A DNA stretch of 56,027 bases from a virus (lineage: Duplodnaviria; Caudoviricetes), in IMG/VR virus record IMGVR_UViG_3300037258_000287, positions 1-56,027 of that record; one strand, given 5' to 3'. Made by a program: the position numbers and the translations under genes. Below the pieces are notes generated by a model. It was not told the DNA's origin. It made no database searches and saw only the letters and a program-made list of their open reading frames with translations. This document shows positions 47,070 through 56,027 of this stretch, piece after piece (within the stretch, counting starts at the first letter, position 1; each line of letters opens with the position of its first letter).

Positions 47070-47699
47070 ATGAAGAAACTGCTATCCCTGTTCCTTGTTT
47101 CGTTGGCGCTCACCGTCTGCGCTTCTGCGCAGGTCGCCGTCGGCACTCCGTGCACCATCAATAACCCCGGCTCGGGAACTCCGCTTGTCACCTACGCCGG
47201 CATCCTTTACTGGTGCAACGATTCGACCCTGCTCTGGTCGCAGTTCTTCCCGAGCCCGGCGCTTTCGGTGTCCGACGCCGCTTTGCAGGCGAATACAGGT
47301 TTCGGAAGTTCTCCACAGCGCATTGCCCACGCTCAGTATAGTTTCGCCGTAGACGGCGGCGCGGTTGGAACAATCACCCCGGCACACAACTTCAGCCTGC
47401 CAGCCAACGCGGTCATTACCAACGTCGTTATCAACTCGACTACGGCGGTGACGAGCGGCGGATCGGCAACGGTTGCCTTGGGAACCACTGCGGGCTCGAC
47501 CGCTTCGGCATTCGTGGCCGCGACGGCCAAGGCCTCATTTTCTATAAATGCGTTCGTTCAGGGCGTGCCGGTGCCTCAGACATCATCGACGTTTGTGAAG
47601 ATGTCGGCCGCTGGGCAACTGCAAGTCACGGTCGCAACTGCGGCGCTCACCGCGGGGGTGATAGAGGTTTACGTTTTCTATTACGTGTCGGGCACCTAA
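47070..47699 (+). CDS. Capsid decoration/spike-like protein with Sec signal peptide
   Basis: MKKLLSLFLVSLALTVCASAQ leader; YSFAVDGGAVG...LPANAVI...TAVTSGGSATVALG...LTAGVIEVYV domain. Confidence 0.6.
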   Translation: MKKLLSLFLVSLALTVCASAQVAVGTPCTINNPGSGTPLVTYAGILYWCNDSTLLWSQFFPSPALSVSDAALQANTGFGSSPQRIAHAQYSFAVDGGAVGTITPAHNFSLPANAVITNVVINSTTAVTSGGSATVALGTTAGSTASAFVAATAKASFSINAFVQGVPVPQTSSTFVKMSAAGQLQVTVATAALTAGVIEVYVFYYVSGT

Positions 47700-47795
47700 G
47701 CCGGCTGGCCAGCATCGACCGTTCAGGCGATATGCGCCGGCGTTCCCCGCTATTTCCGTCGATGCTGGATCCGCGATTCCCCGTTGCGTAGACCA

Positions 47796-49274
47796 ATGTT
47801 CGCCGATCTCCTACATAAAGCGCTCGCCCTTCCCTCTGGCGGCACGGAAAGTCCCATCGATCCGGGATCGGTGCAACTCCGGGTCGGGGCAACGGTCCGG
47901 GACTGGATTGCCAGCGTAAAGCCTGATGCCTGGTTTGGACCGAACCAGCCCTACCGTCCCGAAGCGCCGAAGTCGACACTCCCGCGAGTTTTCGATTATC
48001 CGTTCGGCGCCAACCTCTTTTATCAGCCCCGCAGCGAGCAGAAGGGGCCATCGTTCGAGCAGCTCCGAAACCTGTCGTACAACTACGACGTTCTCCGGTC
48101 TTGCATCGAGCGGCGTAAGCAGCCCATCCTCGCTCGCGAGCTGATCTTCAAGGTAAAGAAGAAGCCGGGCGAAAAGAAACGCGATTTCCGGGAGCGGTCG
48201 GACAACGATCCGCGCGTCGCGTACCTGACGGAGTTCTTCAAGTCGCCGGACAGAGAGCACGATTTTCAGGCGTGGCTCTGGATGGTTCTCGAAGAGTTGC
48301 TGGTCACCGACGCGCTGGCAATCTGGCCAGTCCGCGTGCAAGGCCAGGTGCAGGCTCTAAAGCTGATCGACGGAGCCACGATCAAGCCTTTGCACACGAC
48401 GGAAGGTTGGCGCCCTGTTCCTCCGGACCCCGCTTATCAACAGATCGTCAAGGGCATGCCGGCTCTCGACATGACGACGGACCAGCTCCTCTACATGCCG
48501 AGGAACTGCAGGGTAAACCGGTTCTATGGCTACCCGCCGGTAGAGCAGTTGATCATCACCACGAACACGGCGATCAACCGGCAAATTTCCCAACTGTGCT
48601 GGTACACCGAGGGCAACGTCCCCGAAGCGCTGGTGCAAGTGCCGGACACCTGGACTCCCGACCAGATTGAGCGCATGCAGACGCAGTTCGACGGCATGCT
48701 CGCCGGCAACCTCGCCGCAAAGCGCCGCATCACATTCGTGCCCGGGGGCGGCAAGGTCGACTTCGTTCGAGAGAAAGTCCTCACCGGCGATACGGACGTC
48801 TGGCTATCGCGCATCACCTGCGCCATTCTCGGAGTCAGCCCGCAGCCCTTCACCGAGCGCATGAACCGCGCGACGGGCGAACAGGCGGCGGCAACCGAGA
48901 CAGAGAAAGCGGACGCCCCCACGCTCAAGTGGATCAGGAATCGTATCACTGCGATTGTCCAGGGGCCGATGGGCTTCAAGGATATCGAGGCAGCATGGGA
49001 CTCGGACGAAGACTCCGACCGTCTCAAGCAGGCGCAGATCGAAGATATCCAGATCCGTAACGGATCGCGCTCGGTAGACGAATCGCGGGAAGACGATGGG
49101 CTCGACGCTGCAGGAATCGGGCCGTACTACGCAACAGCTACCGGGCCGATCTTCTTTTCAGATATCGACGCCGGCCGGCAGGCAGGCCTGCAGAATTCCC
49201 AGCTCCAGCCGGGCAACCAGCGCCAATTACCGGCGCCACAGAAACAAGACGAGGAAGAGGAAGTTACCGCATGA
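47796..49274 (+). CDS. Portal protein
   Basis: LIDGATIKP, AYQQIVKG, YGYPPVEQ, YTEGNVP motifs; position. Confidence 0.92.
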   Translation: MFADLLHKALALPSGGTESPIDPGSVQLRVGATVRDWIASVKPDAWFGPNQPYRPEAPKSTLPRVFDYPFGANLFYQPRSEQKGPSFEQLRNLSYNYDVLRSCIERRKQPILARELIFKVKKKPGEKKRDFRERSDNDPRVAYLTEFFKSPDREHDFQAWLWMVLEELLVTDALAIWPVRVQGQVQALKLIDGATIKPLHTTEGWRPVPPDPAYQQIVKGMPALDMTTDQLLYMPRNCRVNRFYGYPPVEQLIITTNTAINRQISQLCWYTEGNVPEALVQVPDTWTPDQIERMQTQFDGMLAGNLAAKRRITFVPGGGKVDFVREKVLTGDTDVWLSRITCAILGVSPQPFTERMNRATGEQAAATETEKADAPTLKWIRNRITAIVQGPMGFKDIEAAWDSDEDSDRLKQAQIEDIQIRNGSRSVDESREDDGLDAAGIGPYYATATGPIFFSDIDAGRQAGLQNSQLQPGNQRQLPAPQKQDEEEEVTA

Positions 49275-49816
49275 CCCCTACACGACGCCGCGCAACCGCG
49301 TCCCAGCCCGATGATCCCGAGGCCGCCACCCAGGAACAGGTAACCGAAGAGGTCAAGTCCGAAGGGGCTACCTCTGGCGACGCCGTCCCTGCGAAGCCCG
49401 AATCGGCCGCGGCTTCCGACCCGGACCAGGCTCCGGTAGCCCCGCAGTCCCCGCCAGAAAAGGAAGAAACCATGACCCCCACTCCGAAGCAAGCCGCCGG
49501 CATAGCGACTGCCCCACTGCCGATCACCGCGAACGACAAAATCAAGGCCCTGCGCGCACGCCTCAAAGCCGCCCGCGCAGAGCAGGAAGCGGCCGAGAAG
49601 GACCGCGCCGTGGCGAAGCAGGCCCATGATGAGGCGCGCAAGCTCGAGGTCGAAGTCCGCAAAACCAACCTTGCAGCAAGTCAGGAGGTAGCCCGCACGC
49701 GCAGCGCCTACGAGTCCGCCCATGATCGCGTGGACGTCAAGGTCAGGATGGCGAACCAGCTAGCCGGCGAACTCGCCTCGCTTGGCGGTACGGAAAAAGA
49801 CCCCCCCGCGAAATAG
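49271..49816 (+). CDS. Hypothetical disordered/coiled-coil head-module protein
   Basis: Coupled to portal stop. Confidence 0.6.
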   Translation: MTPTRRRATASQPDDPEAATQEQVTEEVKSEGATSGDAVPAKPESAAASDPDQAPVAPQSPPEKEETMTPTPKQAAGIATAPLPITANDKIKALRARLKAARAEQEAAEKDRAVAKQAHDEARKLEVEVRKTNLAASQEVARTRSAYESAHDRVDVKVRMANQLAGELASLGGTEKDPPAK

Positions 49817-49837
49817 CGGCGAGGGCAGGAGCCGACC

Positions 49838-51754
49838 ATGGCAAAGTTCAAACGATTCGCCCCTATCACGAAGGTCGACGCCGAAAAGCGCGAAGTGTGG
49901 GGCATCCTCGCCGAAGAAGCGGTCGATAAATCGAATGAGATTTTCGACTACGACAAATCGAAGCCCTACTTTCAGAAGTGGAACGGTGAGTTTCAAAAGC
50001 TGACCTGTCAGCTTGATGAGCCGAGCCTCGGTAACCTGCGCGAGATGCACGGCAAGACGGCGGCCGGCAAGTTCACCGCCATGCAGTACGACGATACGGA
50101 CAAATGCATCAGCGTCTGCGCAAAGGTCGTCGACGATGCCGCATGGAAGAAGGTAGCCGAGGGCGTCTACACCGGATTCTCGATCGGTGGCGACTACGTC
50201 GAAACGTTTGCGGACCCGGTCATCAAAGGAGCCAAGCGCTACGTCGCCAACCCTCGCGAAGGGTCACTCGTCGACAATCCGTGCATGTACGGCGCAACCT
50301 TTGAAGTCAGGAAGGCGGACGGCGAGACCGAACTGCGGAAGTTCGTCGGGACCGATCAACTCGCCAAGCTCACCGCCCAGGTGTCCCGTCTGCAGAAGAC
50401 TGTCGAGGGCGCGCTACGGAAAGACGCCAAGACCAAGAAAGTCGCCGGGCACGATCTCCCGGCCAGCGCCTTCCTTATTGTCGGAGACCCGGATAAAACG
50501 GACACCTGGAATCTGCCCGTCGACTTCCCAACCGAGGAAGAATCGAAATCGCACGTGCAGAACGCCATGGCGCGGTTCAACCAGACCGAAGGGCACTCTC
50601 CGGAGGTTGCCAAAAAGCTCATCGCGCACGCCAAGAAACTCGGCATCGACTGCTCGAACTTCGCCGAAGAGTACGTGAAGGCAGCGTTCCCGAACGCCCT
50701 AGCGAAACGCGCAGCCGAGAACAAACTACAGAAAAGCATGTGGGACGTCGGACGCCTCGCGGACGCCCTCTGCACGCTGGCCTGGATGGAGCAGGGTCTC
50801 TCGGACGAAGCGGTCTACGAAGACGACGATTCACCCATTCCCGCCAAGCTCCGCGAACTGCTGCTTCCTCTCCGCCAGATCCTGCTCGACCTGGTCGCAG
50901 AAGAATCGGCCGAGTTGCTGCGTATCGAGGAAGCCAAAGCGGAAGCCGGCAAAGCGGCCGGCGCCGACCAAACCCTAAACAAACGAAAGGAGGTGGTCCC
51001 AATGACCACTCAATCACTTCAGAAGAGCCTGGAAGCAGGCACAGCAACGCCCGAGGAAGTCAAAAAAGCTGCCTCCCTGATCAAGAAACAAGCCTCCCAC
51101 ATCGAAAAGCTCGAAAAGGCCCATGAGAAGATGTCCGACGCCCACGACAAGATGGGCGAGCACATCGAGGGCATGAAAGACTGCATGGGCATGTCGAAAG
51201 CCGCGGACGGCGACCACATGAAGGGCCACATGCAGGGTCTCGCCAAGAACCATGTGACCCTCGGCGACTCGATGGACGACGCGGCCGGTTACCTCGAAGA
51301 CATGAAGGAAGAAGCCGAGAGCGTCGACGACCAGGGCACGCAAGGTCCGGCAAAGTTCGCCGTGGCGCGCCTCGAAAAGCGGCTGAAGCGCGAACACGCA
51401 CGGGAAATCGCGAAGCTCCAGGAAGGGCAGAACGATCTCACTAAACTGCTCACCAAGTTCATCGAGGTGCAGACTGGAATCGCCGATCCTCCCGCCCGCA
51501 CGCCGGCGCGCACCGCCGTAACGGTCGAGAAGACGGCGGACGGAGGCACCGGTGTCGGCGCCATCATTACACCCGGCGCTGGAGCCCCCGCGGCGGCTGC
51601 TGCTACCGAGCTAAATAAGTTCGTCGACGCGTCCGGCATGCCGAATCCCGACTTTGTCGACACCCCCGAAGCCCGCGGCACAGCCTTCGCCAAGGCAGCG
51701 AAAGCGATCCCGATGGAACGTGGGAACCCCTTCCCCAGCAACAAGGCCGCCTAG
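49838..51754 (+). CDS. Prohead protease fused to scaffold
   Basis: GNLREMH, GVYTGFSIGG, EGSLVDNP motifs; coiled-coil C-terminus; internal start at 51002. Confidence 0.85.
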   Translation: MAKFKRFAPITKVDAEKREVWGILAEEAVDKSNEIFDYDKSKPYFQKWNGEFQKLTCQLDEPSLGNLREMHGKTAAGKFTAMQYDDTDKCISVCAKVVDDAAWKKVAEGVYTGFSIGGDYVETFADPVIKGAKRYVANPREGSLVDNPCMYGATFEVRKADGETELRKFVGTDQLAKLTAQVSRLQKTVEGALRKDAKTKKVAGHDLPASAFLIVGDPDKTDTWNLPVDFPTEEESKSHVQNAMARFNQTEGHSPEVAKKLIAHAKKLGIDCSNFAEEYVKAAFPNALAKRAAENKLQKSMWDVGRLADALCTLAWMEQGLSDEAVYEDDDSPIPAKLRELLLPLRQILLDLVAEESAELLRIEEAKAEAGKAAGADQTLNKRKEVVPMTTQSLQKSLEAGTATPEEVKKAASLIKKQASHIEKLEKAHEKMSDAHDKMGEHIEGMKDCMGMSKAADGDHMKGHMQGLAKNHVTLGDSMDDAAGYLEDMKEEAESVDDQGTQGPAKFAVARLEKRLKREHAREIAKLQEGQNDLTKLLTKFIEVQTGIADPPARTPARTAVTVEKTADGGTGVGAIITPGAGAPAAAAATELNKFVDASGMPNPDFVDTPEARGTAFAKAAKAIPMERGNPFPSNKAA

Positions 51755-51797
51755 ACTCATCAGCCCACAATCACCCGCTTAGCAGCGAATAGACACG

Positions 51798-51831
51798 AGC
51801 CCCTTCCGGGAAACCGGCAAGGGGCTTTTTT
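51798..51831 (+). terminator. Intrinsic terminator-like hairpin upstream of capsid gene
   Basis: AGCCCCTT-CCGG-GAAA-CCGG-C-AAGGGGCT followed by a T run. Confidence 0.65.
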
Positions 51832-51865
51832 ATTGGCCGCGGCAAACCAGGAGAACACCACCCCC

Positions 51866-53350
51866 ATGCACGATCTCATTCAGCAAACACTCGAACGCCT
51901 CAACCAGGTGACTGGGCTTGCCAAGGCCGGTATCACCACCGGAACCGGGCTGGTCTACTACGACCTCGAAGCCGAGGCCAAACGTCAGTACCCTGTCATC
52001 GCCCCCATCCGGAAACGCATGCCGCGTATCGGAAAAAAGGAGGCCGGACAAGGCCTCGCGGTCCACTGGAACTACATCTCAAACCCCAACACTCAGGGCG
52101 TCCTCGCTATGGTTGGGCAGGGGCAGCGCGGCGGCCAGATCACTCCCACGGTGGTCTCGAAGCTCGCAACCTACGTAGGGATCGGCCTCGAAAACGTGGT
52201 GACGTGGGAAGCCGAGTACGCAGGCGAAGGGTACGACGACATTCGCGCCCAGGCGCAGCGCATGACGCTCGACTCGCTCATCCTCGCCGAAGAGCCGCAG
52301 CTCCTGTGGGGCAACGCCTCTCTTTCCTTTGGCACTACCCCGACCCCGGCCGGCACGCAAGCCACGGTGACCGGCGGATCACTCGCGAACGGAACCTATT
52401 ACCTCTATTGCGTGGCGCTCACCCTGCAGGGCTACAATTACGCGCTGCTACAGAGCCCCGTCGCAGTCGTCCCCGTCGTGACCCGCACCAACGCGGGCGT
52501 CAATTCCACCACCACCATCAACGGAGGAGTGGCGCAGATCTCCGCGGCATCGACCGGAGTCACCACCACCGGCTCGAACAACGCCATCAACGCGACCGTT
52601 ACGGCCGTCAAAGGCGCGGCCGGCTATGCCTGGTTCGTCGGATCTTCCGCCGGCGCCGGCAATGCCTTCCTGTACGCCGTCACCAGCCTGAACCTCGTGA
52701 CTATCCTCTCGCAGCCCGTCACCGGCCAGCTCGCAAACTACGCAGGGTCGACCACCGACTACAGCGCCAACCCGCTGGCCTTCGATGGCCTCGTCACTCA
52801 GCTCTGCGAAGCGAATGGCTATTTCAATTCGCTGAACGGCGCGACCATGACGCCCGATGGCGCAAACGGCATCGTCGAGTGGGACGCAGCTCTCAAGTAT
52901 TTCTGGGACACCTACAAGACCGGCATCGACCGCATTTATTGCGGCTCCCAGATCATCCGCGACGCGACTCGCGCCGTAGCCACCGGCTCGGGCAATGCGG
53001 CCATGCGCATCAACCTGCAGAACGACACCGATTCGCTCGGCAATCTGACCGGCTCCATGCGGCTTGCGTCGTACACCAACAAATTCGCTTACAACGGCGC
53101 GATGGATATTCCGATCGAAATCCATCCGAACATGCCGGACGGGCACGTTTTCTTCGATCTCGAGAAAAACCCCTATCCGACCGCCGATATCCCGCTCGCC
53201 CGCGCCGTCCGGACCCGCCGCGATTACTTCATGGTGGTGTGGCCGATCGTCGATCGCACCTGGCAGAACGGGTGCTACGCCGACGAAGTGCTGCAGGTCT
53301 ACGTGCCGTACGGCATGGGCCTGATCTCTAACATCGGACCCGGCATCTAA
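51866..53350 (+). CDS. Major capsid protein with internal beta-sandwich insertion
   Basis: AGGAG RBS; YYDLEAEAK..YPV..PIRKRMPRI, EEPQLLWGN and FDGL motifs; position after scaffold. Confidence 0.9.
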   Translation: MHDLIQQTLERLNQVTGLAKAGITTGTGLVYYDLEAEAKRQYPVIAPIRKRMPRIGKKEAGQGLAVHWNYISNPNTQGVLAMVGQGQRGGQITPTVVSKLATYVGIGLENVVTWEAEYAGEGYDDIRAQAQRMTLDSLILAEEPQLLWGNASLSFGTTPTPAGTQATVTGGSLANGTYYLYCVALTLQGYNYALLQSPVAVVPVVTRTNAGVNSTTTINGGVAQISAASTGVTTTGSNNAINATVTAVKGAAGYAWFVGSSAGAGNAFLYAVTSLNLVTILSQPVTGQLANYAGSTTDYSANPLAFDGLVTQLCEANGYFNSLNGATMTPDGANGIVEWDAALKYFWDTYKTGIDRIYCGSQIIRDATRAVATGSGNAAMRINLQNDTDSLGNLTGSMRLASYTNKFAYNGAMDIPIEIHPNMPDGHVFFDLEKNPYPTADIPLARAVRTRRDYFMVVWPIVDRTWQNGCYADEVLQVYVPYGMGLISNIGPGI

Positions 53351-53497
53351 GCGGGGGTTTTGACCTCGCGCGGCGGGATGCGCGCAAACCATTCCGCCGC
53401 GCGTCGCGCCGTCCCCCACTCTGAAGGCGGCGCGGCGAGGGCGCCGGCCACCTGAAGCCCCCCAGGCGGCGCCCTCGAACTTTTCAGCCTGACCCCT

Positions 53498-54418
53498 ATG
53501 GCCTCTCCTGTCATCGCGAACTTTACGCCTGCTTCCGCCGTTGCAGGCGGAGCGGGCTTTACCCTGACAATAAACGGGCAGAATTTTGACAGTGCAGCGG
53601 CGGTGTACTGGGGTTCAACCGCCCTTACAACGACCTTCGTAAATTCGGGGCAGCTCACCGCGGCAGTCACTTCCGGACTCATCGCCAATCCCGGCGTGGT
53701 GCAGCTCACGGTGCTGTCTCTCGGGATCGTTTCCGGAACTGGGGGCGCGCCCTCCATCTTCGCTATTCCCTCGCCTCCGAACGCGATAGACCTTGCAACG
53801 CTCTCTCAGGTGAAGGGCTACCTGTACACGGTCCAGGGGACACCGGCGGATGACTACGTTTTACAGTGGCTCACCACGTCGGCAAGCCAGTATCTGCTGA
53901 GCCAGACGCACCGGGCGTCGCTGAACTCGGTTTCGACGCAGACCGAGCCCTACAACGGCACCGGACAGCCTCAGATCACAACCCGCGAGTTTCCCATCAC
54001 CGCGGTGCAGTCGGTAGTGATCAACGGATATAGCGTGCCGGCGACCCCGACGACAGGGCCGCAAGCATACTTGCAACCCGGCTGGGCGATCGGCTTGAAT
54101 GGCACCAGCATCGTGCTATCGAGCGGCGGCACTGGATCCTGGTACCCCGGCTATGGCGTGCCCTCGGTATTCCCGCGGGGCATCCTGAACGTGGTCATCA
54201 GCTATTCGGCGGGCTACGACGGGATTCCCTTCGATATCAACGAAGCCTGCGTGCAGTTGATTGGGCAGAACTACAAACGCCGCGGGTGGATCGACGAAGC
54301 ATCACGGGCGTTCGCAGCCGGCGGCGGCCAGACCACCTATCGCAACTGGGACGCGCCAACACAAGTCCGCAAGGTGATCAACGATTACTCGCGACGCTGG
54401 GGCGCGGGTGGCGCGTAG
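53498..54418 (+). CDS. Head-tail adaptor with N-terminal IPT/TIG domain
   Basis: PVIANFTPASAVAGGAGFTLTINGQNF...TTFVNSGQLTA, then DLATLSQVKGYL...ISYSAGYDGIPFDINEAC. Confidence 0.82.
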   Translation: MASPVIANFTPASAVAGGAGFTLTINGQNFDSAAAVYWGSTALTTTFVNSGQLTAAVTSGLIANPGVVQLTVLSLGIVSGTGGAPSIFAIPSPPNAIDLATLSQVKGYLYTVQGTPADDYVLQWLTTSASQYLLSQTHRASLNSVSTQTEPYNGTGQPQITTREFPITAVQSVVINGYSVPATPTTGPQAYLQPGWAIGLNGTSIVLSSGGTGSWYPGYGVPSVFPRGILNVVISYSAGYDGIPFDINEACVQLIGQNYKRRGWIDEASRAFAAGGGQTTYRNWDAPTQVRKVINDYSRRWGAGGA

Positions 54419-54946
54419 ATGCTCGAATTCACGGTTGAGAGTGACGCGAACGAAGCCTTTGCGCGCAAGACCACGGCTATCTATGACGCGCTGTTCGAAA
54501 AGACGAACGAAGCCGCGGCAATGCTCGCCGATGGCATCAGAGAAAAGCTGTCCGGGCCGGTGCTGAAAACCGTTTCCGGCAAGGCTCTCGGCAGCGTGCA
54601 CGTGCTGGCCGCGGCGCTCGATGGCGACACCATAACGGCGTACGTCGAAGCCGGCGGACCGGACGCCCCGTATCTCGTCGTCCAGGAATACGGGGGCCGT
54701 GCGGCCTACGACATTCTGCCGGTGAACAAAAAGGCGCTCGCCTTTCCCGGCGGAGCGTTCAACCCGGAGACGATCTCTTTTTCGAAAGCCTCGGCACTGG
54801 GGGAAATGGTGATTGTCAAGCGAGTCCATCACCCGCCGCTTCCGGAGCGCAGTTTCGCCCGCACCACCGTTGATGAAATGCGTAGCGAAATTGTCGCGAT
54901 GCTCGAAGGCGCCGGCGGGCAAGACGCGCAAGTAGGCGTGCTGTGA
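54419..54946 (+). CDS. Neck / tail completion protein (HK97 gp10-like)
   Basis: KLSGPVLK..SG, QEYGG, HPPLPERSF motifs. Confidence 0.75.
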   Translation: MLEFTVESDANEAFARKTTAIYDALFEKTNEAAAMLADGIREKLSGPVLKTVSGKALGSVHVLAAALDGDTITAYVEAGGPDAPYLVVQEYGGRAAYDILPVNKKALAFPGGAFNPETISFSKASALGEMVIVKRVHHPPLPERSFARTTVDEMRSEIVAMLEGAGGQDAQVGVL

Positions 54947-55055
54947 ACCAAGAGGACAAGAGGCAGCCCCTCTTATTCGACCATCGCGGCAACCCGATTG
55001 AGAAGCCGAGGCCGGCCGTTGGATTCGTAGCGCCGCAGCCTCGCAAGAAGAACCA

Positions 55056-55514
55056 GTGAACTATCCCGACGAGACGATCTACCAGGCGCTGTTCGACCTG
55101 CTCGACTCGACCCTACTTCAAGGCGCGAGGGCATGGCAGACCAGCTCCCGGAAGTGGCAGACCTGGGAGAACGCGAGCGTGCCGAATCAGCCGGCGCTTT
55201 TCATCCGCGAGGGCAACCAGCAGGCGGACCAGGATACGGCGTTTGGGTTGACGCGTTGGAAGCTCCGCGCTACGGCCTGGATCTACTGCCAGCATCCGAG
55301 CGATCAGGGCAGCATCCCGTCGACGCTCATCAACAATCTGCTCTCAGCAGTCAAATTGACGCTGAACCCGTACCCGAGCGACAGGCCGCAGACACTCGGG
55401 GGCCTCGTCGCCAACTGCTATATCGAAGGCCGAATTCTCGTCGACGAAGGCCTTGCGCCGATGGACACCCAATCCATCGTGGTCATTCCGATTTCCATTC
55501 TGACGGGCGACTGA
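55056..55514 (+). CDS. Tail terminator-like protein
   Basis: 152 aa before the tube gene; QTLGGLVANCYI motif. Confidence 0.72.
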   Translation: MNYPDETIYQALFDLLDSTLLQGARAWQTSSRKWQTWENASVPNQPALFIREGNQQADQDTAFGLTRWKLRATAWIYCQHPSDQGSIPSTLINNLLSAVKLTLNPYPSDRPQTLGGLVANCYIEGRILVDEGLAPMDTQSIVVIPISILTGD

Positions 55515-55542
55515 CCCGCATTCACAAAAGGAGTTTTTTCTC

Positions 55543-56027
55543 ATGGCCGCACCCACCACCGGCGGAACGCCCTATATTCAATTCGGCAGCGCGCTGCTGT
55601 ACCTCAATCCGAACGGGGGAAACCTCGCGACGAACCCGACCCCGACCAAACCCTACACGATCCAGAATTTCGAGGTCGACCAGTCGGGAGACCTGAAGGA
55701 CCTGCGCGGGCAGAGCCAGTATCCCGACGACACGGCCCGCTCCGACATCAAGTCCAGCTTCAAATTCTCTATCGGACGCACGGATTACTTCCTCCTGAAC
55801 CAGAACGTGTGGGCGGACACCACTGTGTCAGGGGGCACCTCAATTTCTCCCAACGAGGCGCACACTGTGCCTGCGTCTTCGGTCTATACCGTCACGATCA
55901 CGCCTCCTGCTTCCGGCGTCTTTGTCGCTGACCTCGGGGTAACGTACGCGGGCCTCGGAGACCTCGAAAAGGTGAATAGCGTGACGGCCGCCGGGCAGTA
56001 TAGCGTCAACGCCTCAACCGGCGTCTA
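55543..56027 (+). CDS. Tail tube protein, 5' part (continues at 1..440)
   Basis: AGGAG RBS; IQFGSALLY...DLKDLRGQSQYPDD; open to window end. Confidence 0.8.
   Translation, partial: MAAPTTGGTPYIQFGSALLYLNPNGGNLATNPTPTKPYTIQNFEVDQSGDLKDLRGQSQYPDDTARSDIKSSFKFSIGRTDYFLLNQNVWADTTVSGGTSISPNEAHTVPASSVYTVTITPPASGVFVADLGVTYAGLGDLEKVNSVTAAGQYSVNASTGV

Larger units (their letters stand above)
1..56027. mobile_element. Complete circular temperate tailed phage genome (siphovirus, excised form)
   Basis: Exact 127-bp end overlap; terminase, portal, capsid, tape measure, lysis and integrase genes all present; attP intact. Confidence 0.95.

Noticed and set aside
52204-53419. Long alternative ORFs over the capsid gene (375 aa +, 323 aa -)
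   Set aside because: Arg/Gly-rich shadow frames expected from high-GC codon bias
55901-56027. 127-bp repeat as a biological direct terminal repeat
   Set aside because: It lies mid-gene and its length equals a common assembler k-mer, so it is best read as circular overlap
1-56027. Genome-wide TAG recoding
   Set aside because: Core genes are uninterrupted in the standard code and several end in TAG followed by a new ATG (35308, 46864, 54418); only 17892 is anomalous

Overview
The window is an apparently complete, circularly permuted genome (55,900 bp unique; bases 1-127 repeat exactly at 55901-56027) of a high-GC temperate siphovirus in its excised state. An intact attP (3' half of tRNA-Val(CAC)) lies just downstream of a tyrosine integrase. 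An Acidobacteriota host is inferred from domain style only (IPT/TIG, a PQQ-like propeller, short Tat leaders). Almost all genes are on the + strand. Modules are: head (terminase, portal, protease/scaffold, capsid, neck, 44.8-55.5 kb); GTA-like tail (tube, frameshifted chaperones, tape measure, hub, NlpC/P60, tip, fibre, Dit; 55.5-14.2 kb across the origin); lysis; signal-peptide cargo; a divergent switch; early genes; a serine recombinase; integrase/attP; replication; and many small accessory ORFs. The most unusual signal is a cluster at 37.8-39.0 kb of three small genes that align by eye, without gaps, to pieces of the phage's own major capsid protein. Two carry twin-arginine leaders and one is also fused to neck/tail-tube-like segments, making them candidate structural-protein decoys or assembly inhibitors. 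Also notable: an antisense DNA methyltransferase whose gene, flanks and promoter spacer hold about 10 copies of an 18-bp palindrome; an in-frame TAG in front of an otherwise start-less propeller domain; Sec-signal-bearing virion-like proteins; and a switch with no CI-type repressor. All family assignments come from motif recognition, not database searches.
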